Below are positions 40,692 to 52,412 of a stretch of 64,000 nucleotides of DNA, piece after piece. Source of the DNA: Amoebidium appalachense (Eukaryota > Protista > Ichthyosporea); the NCBI GenBank assembly GCA_963693365.1, contig CAVNZM010000013.1:248001-312000 (forward strand), in the 5' to 3' direction. Each line of letters begins with the position of its first letter. Within the stretch, counting starts at the first letter, position 1. The translations under genes and the position numbers were made by a program. A model generated the notes under the pieces. The model had not been told where the DNA came from. It did no database searches and saw nothing but the letters and a program-made list of their open reading frames with translations.

Positions 40692-43600
40692 TTTATCCTT
40701 CTTCTTCTGGAATGCTCGGACACTGGGCCCCCAAAAGGGCCTCCCCCCCGGGACACTCGACGATAAAATCAGCTACATACAACAACAGACAAACAACCAC
40801 ACGTTTACAGTGATTTGCGAAACACAGTTTAAAAACCACCACAAATTCAACTCTACATTGGTCGACACATCCACACACCCCGGTTACGCGAAAAACCGAG
40901 GCATTATTGTACTTGCCGCACCACACGTGAGAGTGAAGTGCAAACCGGTAGCAAAAACGGAATTCTCGGTTTCTATAGAGTTTCTTTCTAATGTTTTTAC
41001 TTTTGTATATTACCCACCATCTATGTCGGTTGTCGAATTGACTCACGAGTTGTCACAGTTACCAATGTCCACTGTTATTTTAGGTGATTATAACACGCGA
41101 CTCCACCACACAGACACACTGCAAGTGAGTGTCGGGTACCCATCTAAGCCCCCGGAGCGTGCTATCCCTTTAGCAAGGTATGTCCAAAGTCACACTTTGC
41201 GGTTCCCTCAAATATCCCATGCCCACAACACCGACTGGGGAGTGGCCTTTTGGCCATCAACCATGTCAAAACTCTCTCTCCCTCCTAACCTCTCTAGGTC
41301 ATCTGACCACTCTCCTATCCTTTTCCTACCTAAGATCTCCCTTGATCTGCTCCCCCCTCCCCCTCCCACCTTTCGCCTCCGTCTATCCCAGCTTAAGTCA
41401 CAGTGGGGTAGAGTTGATGTATGTGTATGCTATGCTACGAAACACCCTATATATATGCGCCTATTAGAATCTGCACAAGCCAGGCCAGATTAACATCTCG
41501 TACTAGATACATGCACTAACTTTATTGTTGATGATTTGATAGATCTCGGTGATTATGCTGGCGGTGGTAGGAAGGAATATCCCGATGCTCTCTTGTTACC
41601 AAACACCACTCCCGCTAGACTAGGTGAACCCCTGTCTCAAAAGGAAAGCTTGCGCCGGCTTGCTAGTATGAATCGATTTGGCCCCCCTGCTCGTATTATT
41701 GGTGATACCACTGGAGACCCCCTCATAGACTCTGATAAGTATTTCTCGGAACTGTTTAAAGATAGGACCCCCGCTCAGAAACCTATTGTGTGGCCTGTAG
41801 ACCCATCTATCCCCATAGAATCGATCCTCCCCTTTTTCAGTCCCGATGCCATATGGTCTGTGATATCTAGTTATAGCTCTAGTAAGTCTTGTGGACCTGA
41901 TGGACTCCCTGCTGGGTTTCTTAAAATCCTTGTTCCCTCCTACCCACAAAAGGAAAGTGATCGTGCTATTAAACCTGATCTTACTATCATGTTAAGCTCT
42001 CTCTTTTCTTGGTGTGTTAAATGTGGACATGTCCCGTCATCTTGGTTAGATACCTTAGTGATCCCCATAGTTAAGAAGGACTCTGAGGGCCCCATATCAT
42101 CCTTTCGCCCCATTACACTAACCCAGGTTGTTCGTAGATTCTTTGAAGCTTGCTTACTTAGGTTATTTGCACATCACCCTAGGTTTCAATCTATTCTTCA
42201 CATACACCCATGCCAATCCGCTTTTCGTAAAAACAATTCATGTTATGTTCAAATAATGGCACTGCACGATTCTATGCAAGTTGGTGCACAATATGTTGGC
42301 TTTATTGATTGGAAAACTGCTTACGATTCTGTCTCCCCTGGTCTCCTATGGGAAAAGCTTGCTGCACGGGGTGTACCACACTGCATTGGTGTTCTGTTAG
42401 AAGCACTCTTGTCTCAAACCTATGGTAGAGCTGTGGTTAATGGGCATCTTTCATATGGTTTTGCTCGTACTAGAGGTCTCTTGCAGGGTTCATTGCTTAG
42501 CCCCTTTTTGTTTAACCTATTTATAGATGATTTGGCTGTCAAGATTTACGCCGAAAACGATGACCCTATTAATAACTTTCCGCCTGCACTTCTCTATGCT
42601 GATGATCTGTCCCTCCTTGCCCGTACCCCTAGACGCCTGCAAAGATTGTTCGATGTAGTGTCAGAGTGGTGCAAGGCAAACCTTATGATCCTTAACATAG
42701 ACAAATGTGGTGTTCTTGTACCTGATATAGCTAACAATTTACACACATTTACATTATCATCTAAACCTGTACCTATAGTTCCAGAATACAAATATCTTGG
42801 TGTTCCGGTTGATTCTGTTGGTGTTATGTTTCCCCATATGGTCGAAAAGAGGGTAGAGTTGGCTCGTAAGCGGTTAGCTTTCTTCTCGGCTAATATTTTT
42901 AAAGACACACCCCTCCATCCTTCTATTAGACTTACATTTATTCGCACTTTTGTCTTCCCGGCATGTGAATATGGTTTACCCCTTCTCGCCGCTTGGATCA
43001 AGAAAGAGAGAACTAGAGCGCTTAAACCCTTGGCAAATTTCCTTGAAGCAGAAGTTGCCTCCTTTCTATCTAACAACTGTTGTAAACCTGGGCCTGCAAC
43101 GCTCTCGATATATGGTCTGGTCCCAATAGCTGCTAGAGTATCCTATCTCGCGCTGAAATTCAATAAGCACATAAGCCGCTTAAAGAAGTATTTGCCCTCC
43201 CACCCTCTCTTCTCTATCCGACCTGTCCCCTCCTCACCTCTCCCCTCTTTCCTCCCCTCTCTCTCCCCTTCTCCCCTGGGCACAAATACAAATAAACCCC
43301 GCAATAGTGTGTGTGTGACTTTGGACTGCCACTTACTTATTAAACATGTACACAATCACAAGATAATCACGCAATATAACAAATGGAAAAAGATACCACA
43401 CGACACTAGACCCGATGAAAGCATACACCTTGAAAAACTAAGCCTTATGTCTCGTTTTATATATACTGACCGCCTCAACCATATTGCCAAATATGGCACT
43501 CGCAAGTGTATAACACCTAAATACATATTACCTTCCTGTAGAACTGGTCTTTCTCTAGCTGATGGTATTATTGATCAATTACCACGCTTTTACTGTACAC

Positions 43601-43878
43601 GTGCTATACAGTGGAGATCTAATAAGTATAAGGTGGCATCATTTGCATGCCCAAACAACACACACACACACCAGTTTAACCGGTCATGTATCGCCAAATG
43701 TAGTTTGATAGACCACATAATACCGCAACACACACACGTCACATTCACAACAGACACCCAGAAAGATAGCCTACCTGTAAATTACAACATCCTTGATTTT
43801 ATACTAAACACGCGTAACTACGACCTGTTTATTAGATGTATTGATTGGCTTGAGAAACACATCACTACAAAATTATAG
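40684..43878 (+). pseudogene. LINE ORF2 (APE-RT) with a TCA>TAA stop at 41491-41493
   Basis: Same motifs as copy 1; one frame apart from the stop. Confidence 0.92.
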
Positions 43879-43898
43879 CGCACGCGCACACACACACA

Positions 43899-43957
<59 letters not shown>

Positions 43958-43989
43958 CCAGCTGATACCGAGTGTCCCGAGGGGAGCCC

Positions 43990-44022
<33 letters not shown>

Positions 44023-45321
44023 GGGGAACCCCAACTAATTGATTTCTCCTTGTAGTCTTTATGGTGTCTCGTAGAGAAAGTAAACCCTGATATATAGTCA
44101 CCACCCGACATCTATGTACGTGATCATGATATACCGCTGAGGGGATATTCCGAGCAAACCCCCCCCCCCCATACCTGAGACTGGTTCTCTTTGCCTCGAG
44201 TAAACAGCGTAAACCCCATGTGTATGTGTGCCAGTGCAGCAGGTGTGCCTTGTAACTGATAGCTTCGCATTTTACGTGTGTGTATATATAGTAGTACACA
44301 TAGACACTTGCTGATCATTCGGATCGACATTAATATTTAATCTGTCGGTCCTCGGTTTTTTGAGTGAATGATGATCAAGTGTAAGAGCATTCACTTGGCA
44401 AGTATTAATGTTGCAGAGGCTAGCTGCAGCTGCAAGCGTCGGATGCACACTGACAATTGTCTTTTCAGCGAGTCTAACCTGCAGGCTGCAGCTGCACACA
44501 TATAGGGTTGTTATCTTGCGGCACATGCACGGTGATCATTTCAGAGTAATAGAGTTCAGAGCAATGAAAATAATGAAAATAACTAAACTTTGTGACTACT
44601 TTAAAGTTGCTGAGATCATACGTGGTGCAAGCTGCACTATGAACACATGTACAGTGCTAGTAATTAATACATTTTTGTTGCCTTCTGCAGGGTTATCGTA
44701 GCTACGTCACGGCCTGCACTCAGGGGGGGGAGGGGGGGGGGGGGGAGAGGGGGATGATTCGAAGGGGGTATAAATAAGAACATGCACCTAAAGGTCTTTC
44801 CCGTGGATCCCTCCCCCCCCCCCCCCCCCCACCTCTCCCTCCCCCGGGGCCCCATACTATGATATCTAGGCCCAATATTATATGCCCCCTTCCCCCCCCC
44901 CCCCCCCCCCCCTCTCCGGATCCCCGGACCCCACTTCCCTACCCGGAGGCTCAAGAGCTCCCCCCCCCTTCCCCCCCCCCTTCCCCCCCCCCCCCCCCCC
45001 CCCCAAGGCTACGGGGGCCCTTCTTCATCGAGGGGGAGGGGGTGGGGGTGGGGGGGGTGGGGGGTGGGGGTGGGGGGAGGGAAGTGGAAGGCGGGGGTGG
45101 ATGCATGTCAGCCTAGGTGAATTCAATTGTTTAACTCCAGTGTGCAGGACTGGTCTGAAGGCTTAAGAAAACAACGAGGAAATGGGGTCCAGTGGAGGTG
45201 GTGGTGGTGTTCTGTGTGTGTGTGTACACGTGCACGTATGTGTGTGGTTTTTTTAAGGGGTGAGTGGTGGTGGTGGTGGTGGTGGTGGTCACCGTGGTGG
45301 TGGTGTGTGTGTCTGGTGTGT

Positions 45322-45369
<48 letters not shown>

Positions 45370-46421
45370 TAGAAAGAAAAACTGCTCGTGGGTCACTGTT
45401 TTTCGTCACTGTATTTGTAACGGGCCGCTCATATTTATATAACTACTTTAATTTAAGTACACGTGTTCATTATCATATACGATGGCCAAATATAGAAATT
45501 TTGGCGTCGAAGTTCTTGGAGCTAAAAAAACGTGTAAAAGGGGGAAATAATAGCTTGGCCCCAAATTTACCTTGCCGTTTTTAGCGAATGTATTTTTTAT
45601 TCATGAGTTCTAGTGATTCAGTGAGTGCACGTGCCTGCCTCAGGCTGATCATGACAACTGCAACACACCATTCCTACATGGATATCAACCAAAAGAAAAT
45701 AGTATATACTGTGGTGGTCTCCTAAACCTTGTGCGGCATGCGCATACATGATATTACAGTGACGCATGTGCATATTATTGTTCTGTACACCGGAGTGTGC
45801 CGGTGCACGTGGCTGTTTTGTGCACATGTTACAATAGCAGCACGATCTCCCTAAACTCCATGTTTACACATCCCTCACCCTGGCTCTGCCTTGTCGGTGC
45901 TCCAAAACACACATACAAATCCCCCTAGACTCAGTGCCTGCACATGGTCGCATACACGTGCAGGTCACGTGACACATGCGATGCCATACTGCCGTCTACA
46001 GCAACAACCACGGCAGCATGTATACCGGCCCAGCACGAAATATACTTATCGGCAGCCCACTGAACTCGCCCATTTTCTCTTTTTCATGTATGTCCCTCCT
46101 TTTTTGTAAAATCACCCTTTTTGGCCTCCCGGTAGTGGATTTTGCAGGATTTGACTTCTTTGAGGTCCAAAAACCTCAAATTTTCCCCGGCGGGGCCGGG
46201 GAGGGAGAATTCAAAAATTGCCCGCTCCTGATATGGTACCCGGGCCACGGCAAGCCCCCAGTCATCAATTTATTGATCCGTGAGGTCCATGTGCCCAAAA
46301 AACGGGGGAAGTCTTTGCCCCGTGAAAAAACAGCACGTATGTGTGGATCAATGGGGGTTGTGTGTGGGTGTAGGTGGGTGGGTGAAAAGGAATATATAGC
46401 TGTAAGGCTGTGGATGCTAAA

Positions 46422-46668
46422 TGTTATGTGGCTCACCGATCTGGTTTTTGATTGGTGAGGCTGGATGGCATTCCTGTCCCACAATCACGGCTACGAAATT
46501 GCTTTGGTATAAAAGCAATTCGGTAGGTCAGTTCATCTGGGGAATGATTGCCGGTAATGGTGATCTGGCACAATAAATGGTTGCGCCTTTCAATGACGTA
46601 CACCTAGCCCGCCACATAGTAACAGTAAGCCAAGCTCCCAAAAGAGCGACCGCGAGCCGGACACGACA
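46422..46668. mobile_element. Solo LTR (247 bp) inside the A2 repeat of N4
   Basis: TGTTATGT...ACACGACA ends; CTAAA duplicated at 46417-21 and 46669-73; contains TATAAAA and AATAAA. Confidence 0.85.
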
Positions 46669-47100
46669 CTAAACACAGAAGATGTGTTTGTAGCTTGCTG
46701 ATCTGCTAAAAACTGTCGTGCTTATATACCTAAGCCTACTGATCTGAGCCAATCAAAAATCGATCTAGTGATATGTGAAATCTGATCCGAGCCAATCATA
46801 ACTCGGTCTAGTGATCTGTGGTATCTGATGTTTTGGTTGGCTAATAGGTGCCCGTGTGCGGGCAGCCAACCGCTAACTGCTAAAACACGAAATGAAGCCT
46901 ACATGGTTATGTTGGTATCGAACACCCATCCTACGTGTTTACCCAGAAAAATATTTATGTCAATAATTTCCACAAATAAAACCTCTATGAAAACTACTCC
47001 GGGACGTGTGTTGCCTCTAGGGGGACATCCCCTTGGACGAAAGTGAACCTGCAATGGTTGTAAACCACGGCACGAGAGCAGTATGCTTGCTCCAAAGGTT

Positions 47101-48087
47101 TCACTTAAGAATAGAGGCGAATACACGTGTGGTGGTGGCAGCAATGGAGGCCGGACGAAGTCGGGTATAGATCAGGAAGCAGTCGGAGGACCACCTGCCG
47201 AGTTGTTTGATCCGGGAGTCGTCGACCCCGGCCTCAGCCAGTGCTGTGGCCCCCCCGATGCGGAGGCTGTGTCCGGCAAACCGGGAGGGTGAGAGGCCTG
47301 CCCGGGAGAGGAGGGCACGGAAATCGGCAGAGAAAGCACTCTTGGTGTAGGGGAGGCCACCGAGACTGAAGAGGGGGTCGTCGGGTTGACCGGTCGTTGT
47401 ATCCAGGAACTGCCGGAGGAGATGGGCTGGGGAGAAGTGGGTGAGGGGCAGGGCAGCTAGGGTGACGTTGACACCTCGGGCCTGTACATCCGTCTTAGAG
47501 GTTGGCAGGTGGAGGGTGGCATGGGACAAAGTACCGGTGGGGGTGTAGCTGAAGGTCACGTCCTTCCGTTTAACGTGACGGGACGGGTCGAAAGAAGTCA
47601 GGGTCTTGGAGGTAAATTCCCCTGAACGGAGGAGACCACAGAAACCGACGATGAGGGCCGTCCATAGCCGGAGATTGGCCGAGGAGGCCTGGGTGGGGCA
47701 CTGGCCATGGAGTAGGCGGAGGTGGGAGGGGAGAAGGGGTTCCCTGGTGGATGAGCGGGGTCGGATGTTGTGAGAAAGCTGCCATCGGCCCACCCCCCGT
47801 AGGAACCAGGCCAGAGACTTGGTGATGGCCGAATTGTAGCCGGTTAAGTAAGAGGCCTGTACCCCTCGTTGGGCACACCAGGCGAGAAAAAGTTGCACGG
47901 TGTGTGGGGAGGCCGGGAGGGAGGACCCGGAGGAGGATTGCAGCCGAGATGCCACACAGAAATCGATGAACACATTTTGCACCCGGGAGTAAAAGGCCCG
48001 AGAGTCGAGGTTGAGACTCAGGGCCTGGCATTCCTGCAGGGTAGTGGTGGCTCGAAGCAGCTCGGCCGGAGCAAAGTGGGGGGCCAA
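47101..48087 (-). CDS. Tyrosine recombinase of N4 (open frame, 15-aa in-frame deletion)
   Basis: GLLRSGE, SKTD, GHSLRIGGAT, GRWSSDCFLIY. Confidence 0.9.
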   Translation of the reverse strand: MAPHFAPAELLRATTTLQECQALSLNLDSRAFYSRVQNVFIDFCVASRLQSSSGSSLPASPHTVQLFLAWCAQRGVQASYLTGYNSAITKSLAWFLRGVGRWQLSHNIRPRSSTREPLLPSHLRLLHGQCPTQASSANLRLWTALIVGFCGLLRSGEFTSKTLTSFDPSRHVKRKDVTFSYTPTGTLSHATLHLPTSKTDVQARGVNVTLAALPLTHFSPAHLLRQFLDTTTGQPDDPLFSLGGLPYTKSAFSADFRALLSRAGLSPSRFAGHSLRIGGATALAEAGVDDSRIKQLGRWSSDCFLIYTRLRPASIAATTTRVFASILK

Positions 48088-48688
48088 TCTGCCAGTGTTG
48101 CTCCGGAACGGGAGATCTGGGGGGGGGGGGGGGGGGGGGTTAGCCCAAGGGAAGGGATAGGAACTCGTGGACCCAGGAGGGGAAGGGGCAGGGCTCCGGT
48201 TGCAGGGAAGGTCGGAGTCGTCGGGCCCGGGGAAGTTGGTCTGCGGGTCAGGCGCTTAGGTGCCGCGGCAGGGGCGGCGGCTGAGGCCTGGCGCTTTTTC
48301 GGCGGCATGCTGACCGGCGTAGGGAAAGATAGGGAGAATGAAAAGGAATATATAGCTGTAAGGCTGTGGATGCTAAACACAGAAGATGTGTTTGTAGCTT
48401 GCTGATCTGCTAAAAACTGTCGTGCTTATATACCTAAGCCTACTGATCTGAGCCAATCAAAAATCGATCTAGTGATATGTGAAATCTGATCCGAGCCAAT
48501 CATAACTCGGTCTAGTGATCTGTGGTATCTGATGTTTTGGTTGGCTAATAGGTGCCCGTGTGTGGGCAGCCAACCGCTAACTGCTAAAACACGACATGAA
48601 GCCTACATGGTTATGTTGGTATCGAACACCCATCCTACGTGTTTACCCAGAAAAATATTTATGTCAATAATTTCCACAAATAAAACCT

Positions 48689-48980
48689 GACCCGTGTGAC
48701 CCTCGTACTCCAGGGGCACATTTACCATCCCCCCCATAAACTTTGTGGTAATTGTCTGGTGCTAGAGGCTGTTCTGTGGGTAGTTATTGAAAAACCAATA
48801 ATGTCTAGGTAACATATGTACATATACTATGCTACAAGGTGGGTTCTATACGAGCTACAACATTGTGTTTTTTTCGTGTGACCCTCGTACTCCAGGGGCA
48901 CATTCACCATCCCCCCTTATAATTTGTGGTGAATTTCTCGTGGTAGAAGCTACTCTGTGGGTAGTTATTGAAAAAACCCG
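48689..48980 (+). repeat. ~180-bp tandem repeat family, second site
   Basis: Matches the units at 19570-20175. Confidence 0.85.
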
Positions 48981-49132
48981 ATGCTTATAAGTAACGCATG
49001 CACAAATTGTCATCATAGCATTATACTACCACAGTAGTTGGTCGACAATCGAGTGATACAGCATGGTGACAGGATACGAATTCACCGAGGACTCACTCAA
49101 CGAGATGAACGAGCGTTACAGAACGTACGTGT

Positions 49133-49175
<43 letters not shown>

Positions 49176-49326
49176 GCCCCCCTGTCTTCCCCTCCTTCCC
49201 ACTACGACCCCCCCCCCCCCCCCCCTCCCTGCACGTGTCTAGGTGTATAGATCCTACAGGTAATGATGGCAGAACTTTCGCCATTTGGTAATGGACTCCG
49301 TGCCGCTCTAGTGCATTATATTGTAA

Positions 49327-49565
49327 AGTAATATCACCAACAAAAAACGCAGGCTCGGCAAAGCTGCGTACGAGTGCTTCAAGGACTCCACCAAAAACGA
49401 ACTCAAAACATCGAAATTCCATGCTGGTGTGCATTATTCTGACGACTATCGCCTCTTTGGCCCGGTGGAGTCAGCTGAGAGCTGGGAGCGTGCACACAAA
49501 TACTGCTGCAAGATGCCGTATCGTATGACCGACAAGAACTCTGCATTGAATATTTTGCAGTTGAG
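49327..49565 (+). pseudogene. Probable Plavaka/CMC (EnSpm-like) transposase C-terminal remnant
   Basis: Frame reads KTSKFHAGVHYSDDYRLFGPVESAESWERAHKYCCKMPYRMTDK, matching K.H...HY....FG...E..HK...K..Y..T. Confidence 0.55.
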
Positions 49566-49843
49566 TACTAGTACTCCAAAATATGGTGAAATCTACGATA
49601 TCCGGCGAGCATGTTTGTATGTCGTAGTCCACATGTCGACGATATTATGTATCGTCTTACGACCGTTTGTACCGTACGATATATCGTTTTACGACAGTAA
49701 TATGGATGGTATTGTTACAGTCTTGGGGATGGCCCATGGATATACATAAGGCGTGTTATGGATTATGTTTGGACATCTTTATTACACCTACTAGACATGT
49801 GAACCACCGAAAGGTGGATACTACAAGATGGATACATTTGCAC

Positions 49844-50436
49844 GGTTAATAACGTACAGGGATTGATGGGGGCCCAACCAAATTTTGCATTAGGCAGTGT
49901 CTCTGTGTGGGTGATGTAACAAAACCGGTCGGACTGTCCCCCCATTTCTGTGGGAAAAGTTATTGACCGTTGTACGTCCATATTATGCAAAATGCGCTGT
50001 AATACATAGGGAAAGGGGGGGGATTCAACGGTTAATAACGTGCAGGGGATTGTTGGGAGCACAACCAAACTTTGCATTAGGCAGTTTCTCTGTGTGGGGG
50101 GTCTAACAAAACCGGTCGGAATGGGGGGATATCACCACTTTCATTCCGCGGCCACCTGATGAGCCTCATCCGCTTTCCATGAGGCGTGCAAAAACAAATT
50201 CACATGTCAGTTGCGCCCGTTAGATAATCTCCTTGTGATCATTATGATGACCGTATGGATTTTGGTATGTGATCACTATAATGATCGTATGAGGCATAGA
50301 ATGAGATCATTATGATGATCGTATGGGGGTATAACTAGCGATCCTTATGGTGGTCGTATGGGGCATATAATGAGATCATTATAAATGATCGTATGGGGGT
50401 ATAATTAGCGATCCTTATGGTGGTCGTATGGGGCTT
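49844..50436. repeat. Duplicated ~90-bp block (49844, 50030) and ~30-bp minisatellite gatcattatgatgatcgtatgggg
   Basis: Directly visible. Confidence 0.75.
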
Positions 50437-50489
50437 CTATGAAAAACTACTCCGGGGGTCATTCATTCCCAGGACACCCCTACCCCCCA

Positions 50490-50525
<36 letters not shown>

Positions 50526-50526
50526 C

Positions 50527-50574
<48 letters not shown>

Positions 50575-50627
50575 TACTATATATATATACATAAAACTAT
50601 TGTACTTATACATTATAAAACCCCCAA

Positions 50628-50687
<60 letters not shown>

Positions 50688-51154
50688 ATATATATACTAT
50701 ATGATATATATATATACACATAAAACTATTGTACTTATACATTATAAAAACAGTATTTATTATTGCAGAATTCGCCGTTTCTTATTAGTTTACAGACGTC
50801 GGAAAGGTTTTATTTGTGGAAATTATTGACATAAATATTTTTCTGGGTAAACACGTAGGATGGGTGTTCGATACTGTTGTAACCATGTAGGCTTCATTTC
50901 GTGTTTTAGCAGTTAGCGGTTGGCTGCCCGCACACGGGCACCTATTAGCCAACCAAAACATCAGATACCACAGATCACTAGACCGAGTTATGATTGGCTC
51001 GGATCAGATTTCACATATCACTAGATCGATTTTTGATTGGCTCAGATCAGTAGGCTTAGGTATATAAGCACGACAGTTTTTAGCAGATCAGCAAGCTACA
51101 AACACATCTTCTGTGTTTAGCATCCACAGCCTTACAGCTATATATTCCTTTTCA

Positions 51155-51346
51155 GTTTACGCTGTTTACTCGAGGCAAAGAGAACCAGTCTCAGGTATGG
51201 GGGGGGGGGGTTTGCTCGGAATATCCCCTCAGCGGTATATCATGATCACGTACATAGATGTCGGGTGGTGACTATATATCAGGGTTTACTTTCTCTACGA
51301 GACACCATAAAGTCTACAAGGAGAAATCAATTAGTTGGGGTTCCCC

Positions 51347-51386
<40 letters not shown>

Positions 51387-51419
51387 GGGCTCCCCCTCGG
51401 GACACTCGGTATCAGCTGG

Positions 51420-51476
<57 letters not shown>

Positions 51477-51634
51477 TGTGTGTGTGTGCGCGTGCGCTAT
51501 AATTTTGTAGTGATGTGTTTCTCAAGCCAATCAATACATCTAATAAACAGGTCGTAGTTACGCGTGTTTAGTATAAAATCAAGGATGTTGTAATTTACAG
51601 GTAGGCTATCTTTCTGGGTGTCTGTTGTGAATGT
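51155..51634 (-). mobile_element. LINE 3' fragment within N5
   Basis: Reverse complement of the ORF2 end, (CA)n, poly-A and tail. Confidence 0.92.
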
Positions 51635-52118
51635 ACTTTGGACTCAGCACATCACTCGCCTCAGCACCCGATACCCGTGGGCCCAGATCCACAACTATGA
51701 CGTATACGCCCGCACCGTGGCCCACCAGCAGGGTCGGGCTCCGATCGAGTGTCCCAACCTGCTCGCCCAACTCCACCAGGATCTCCTCCTGCCACCCACT
51801 CTGCTCATCCCGGACGCATGTCAGCGCTGCGGCTTCCCCGACCACCCCAGCGCGGCCTGCCCCATGTACCCCAAGCCCGGCTGTGGTCTTGACGGCTTTA
51901 AGCCGCCCCACAAGCCCGGCGGGGGCCAAACCCCTAACCGCCCTGGCCCGCAACCCGGCCCGGCAAAACCGGCCCGACCCGTGGATCTACCCGCGACGCA
52001 CTGCAGGAATTTCCACATTAACGGTCGGTCCTGCGCTAAGCAGCCCTGCCCCTTCTCCCACGTGTGCCCGCTCTGCTCTGGCACACACCCCCGCAAAGAC
52101 TGCAAGCACAATGCCTAG
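51635..52118 (+). pseudogene. 3' half of Ngaro gag
   Basis: LWTQHI...CRNFH...CPLCSGTHPRKDC. Confidence 0.85.
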
Positions 52119-52412
52119 TCTACGCGCACACCCACACACACAGCTAGAACATAGGGGTTAGGAGCTAGGACACACGAGTACAGGGAAACGGAGCTCGGGA
52201 GAACGGGCCAATAGGGCTGAGTACAAAATTTCGCAGGCCAACTACGGCGCCCGCGCGCGTCAAGAATAAATGTCCCTACACAAAGACGTTTATTCTGGCC
52301 ACTGCACATAATTTTACTCCCCCCCCCCACGAGCCTCCCCCCCCCCCCCCTCACACTCACCTAGCACTCCCTCCCCCCCTTCTTCTACCTCTGTGTCCGC
52401 CCACACCCCCGC

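Larger units (their letters stand above)
39394..44217 (+). mobile_element. Near full-length LINE, copy 2
   Basis: Near-identical to 7525-12351. Confidence 0.95.
46245..48687 (-). mobile_element. Ngaro-type copy N4: gag start fused to the YR region, B2 truncated
   Basis: A1 ~48339-48687; MPPKKR joined to the RNase H end; YR, B1, A2, spacer. Confidence 0.88.

Noticed and set aside
47101-48087. Phage integrase or Crypton
   Set aside because: YR sits inside split direct repeats and is linked to gag and RT-RH in sister copies, so it is a YR retrotransposon
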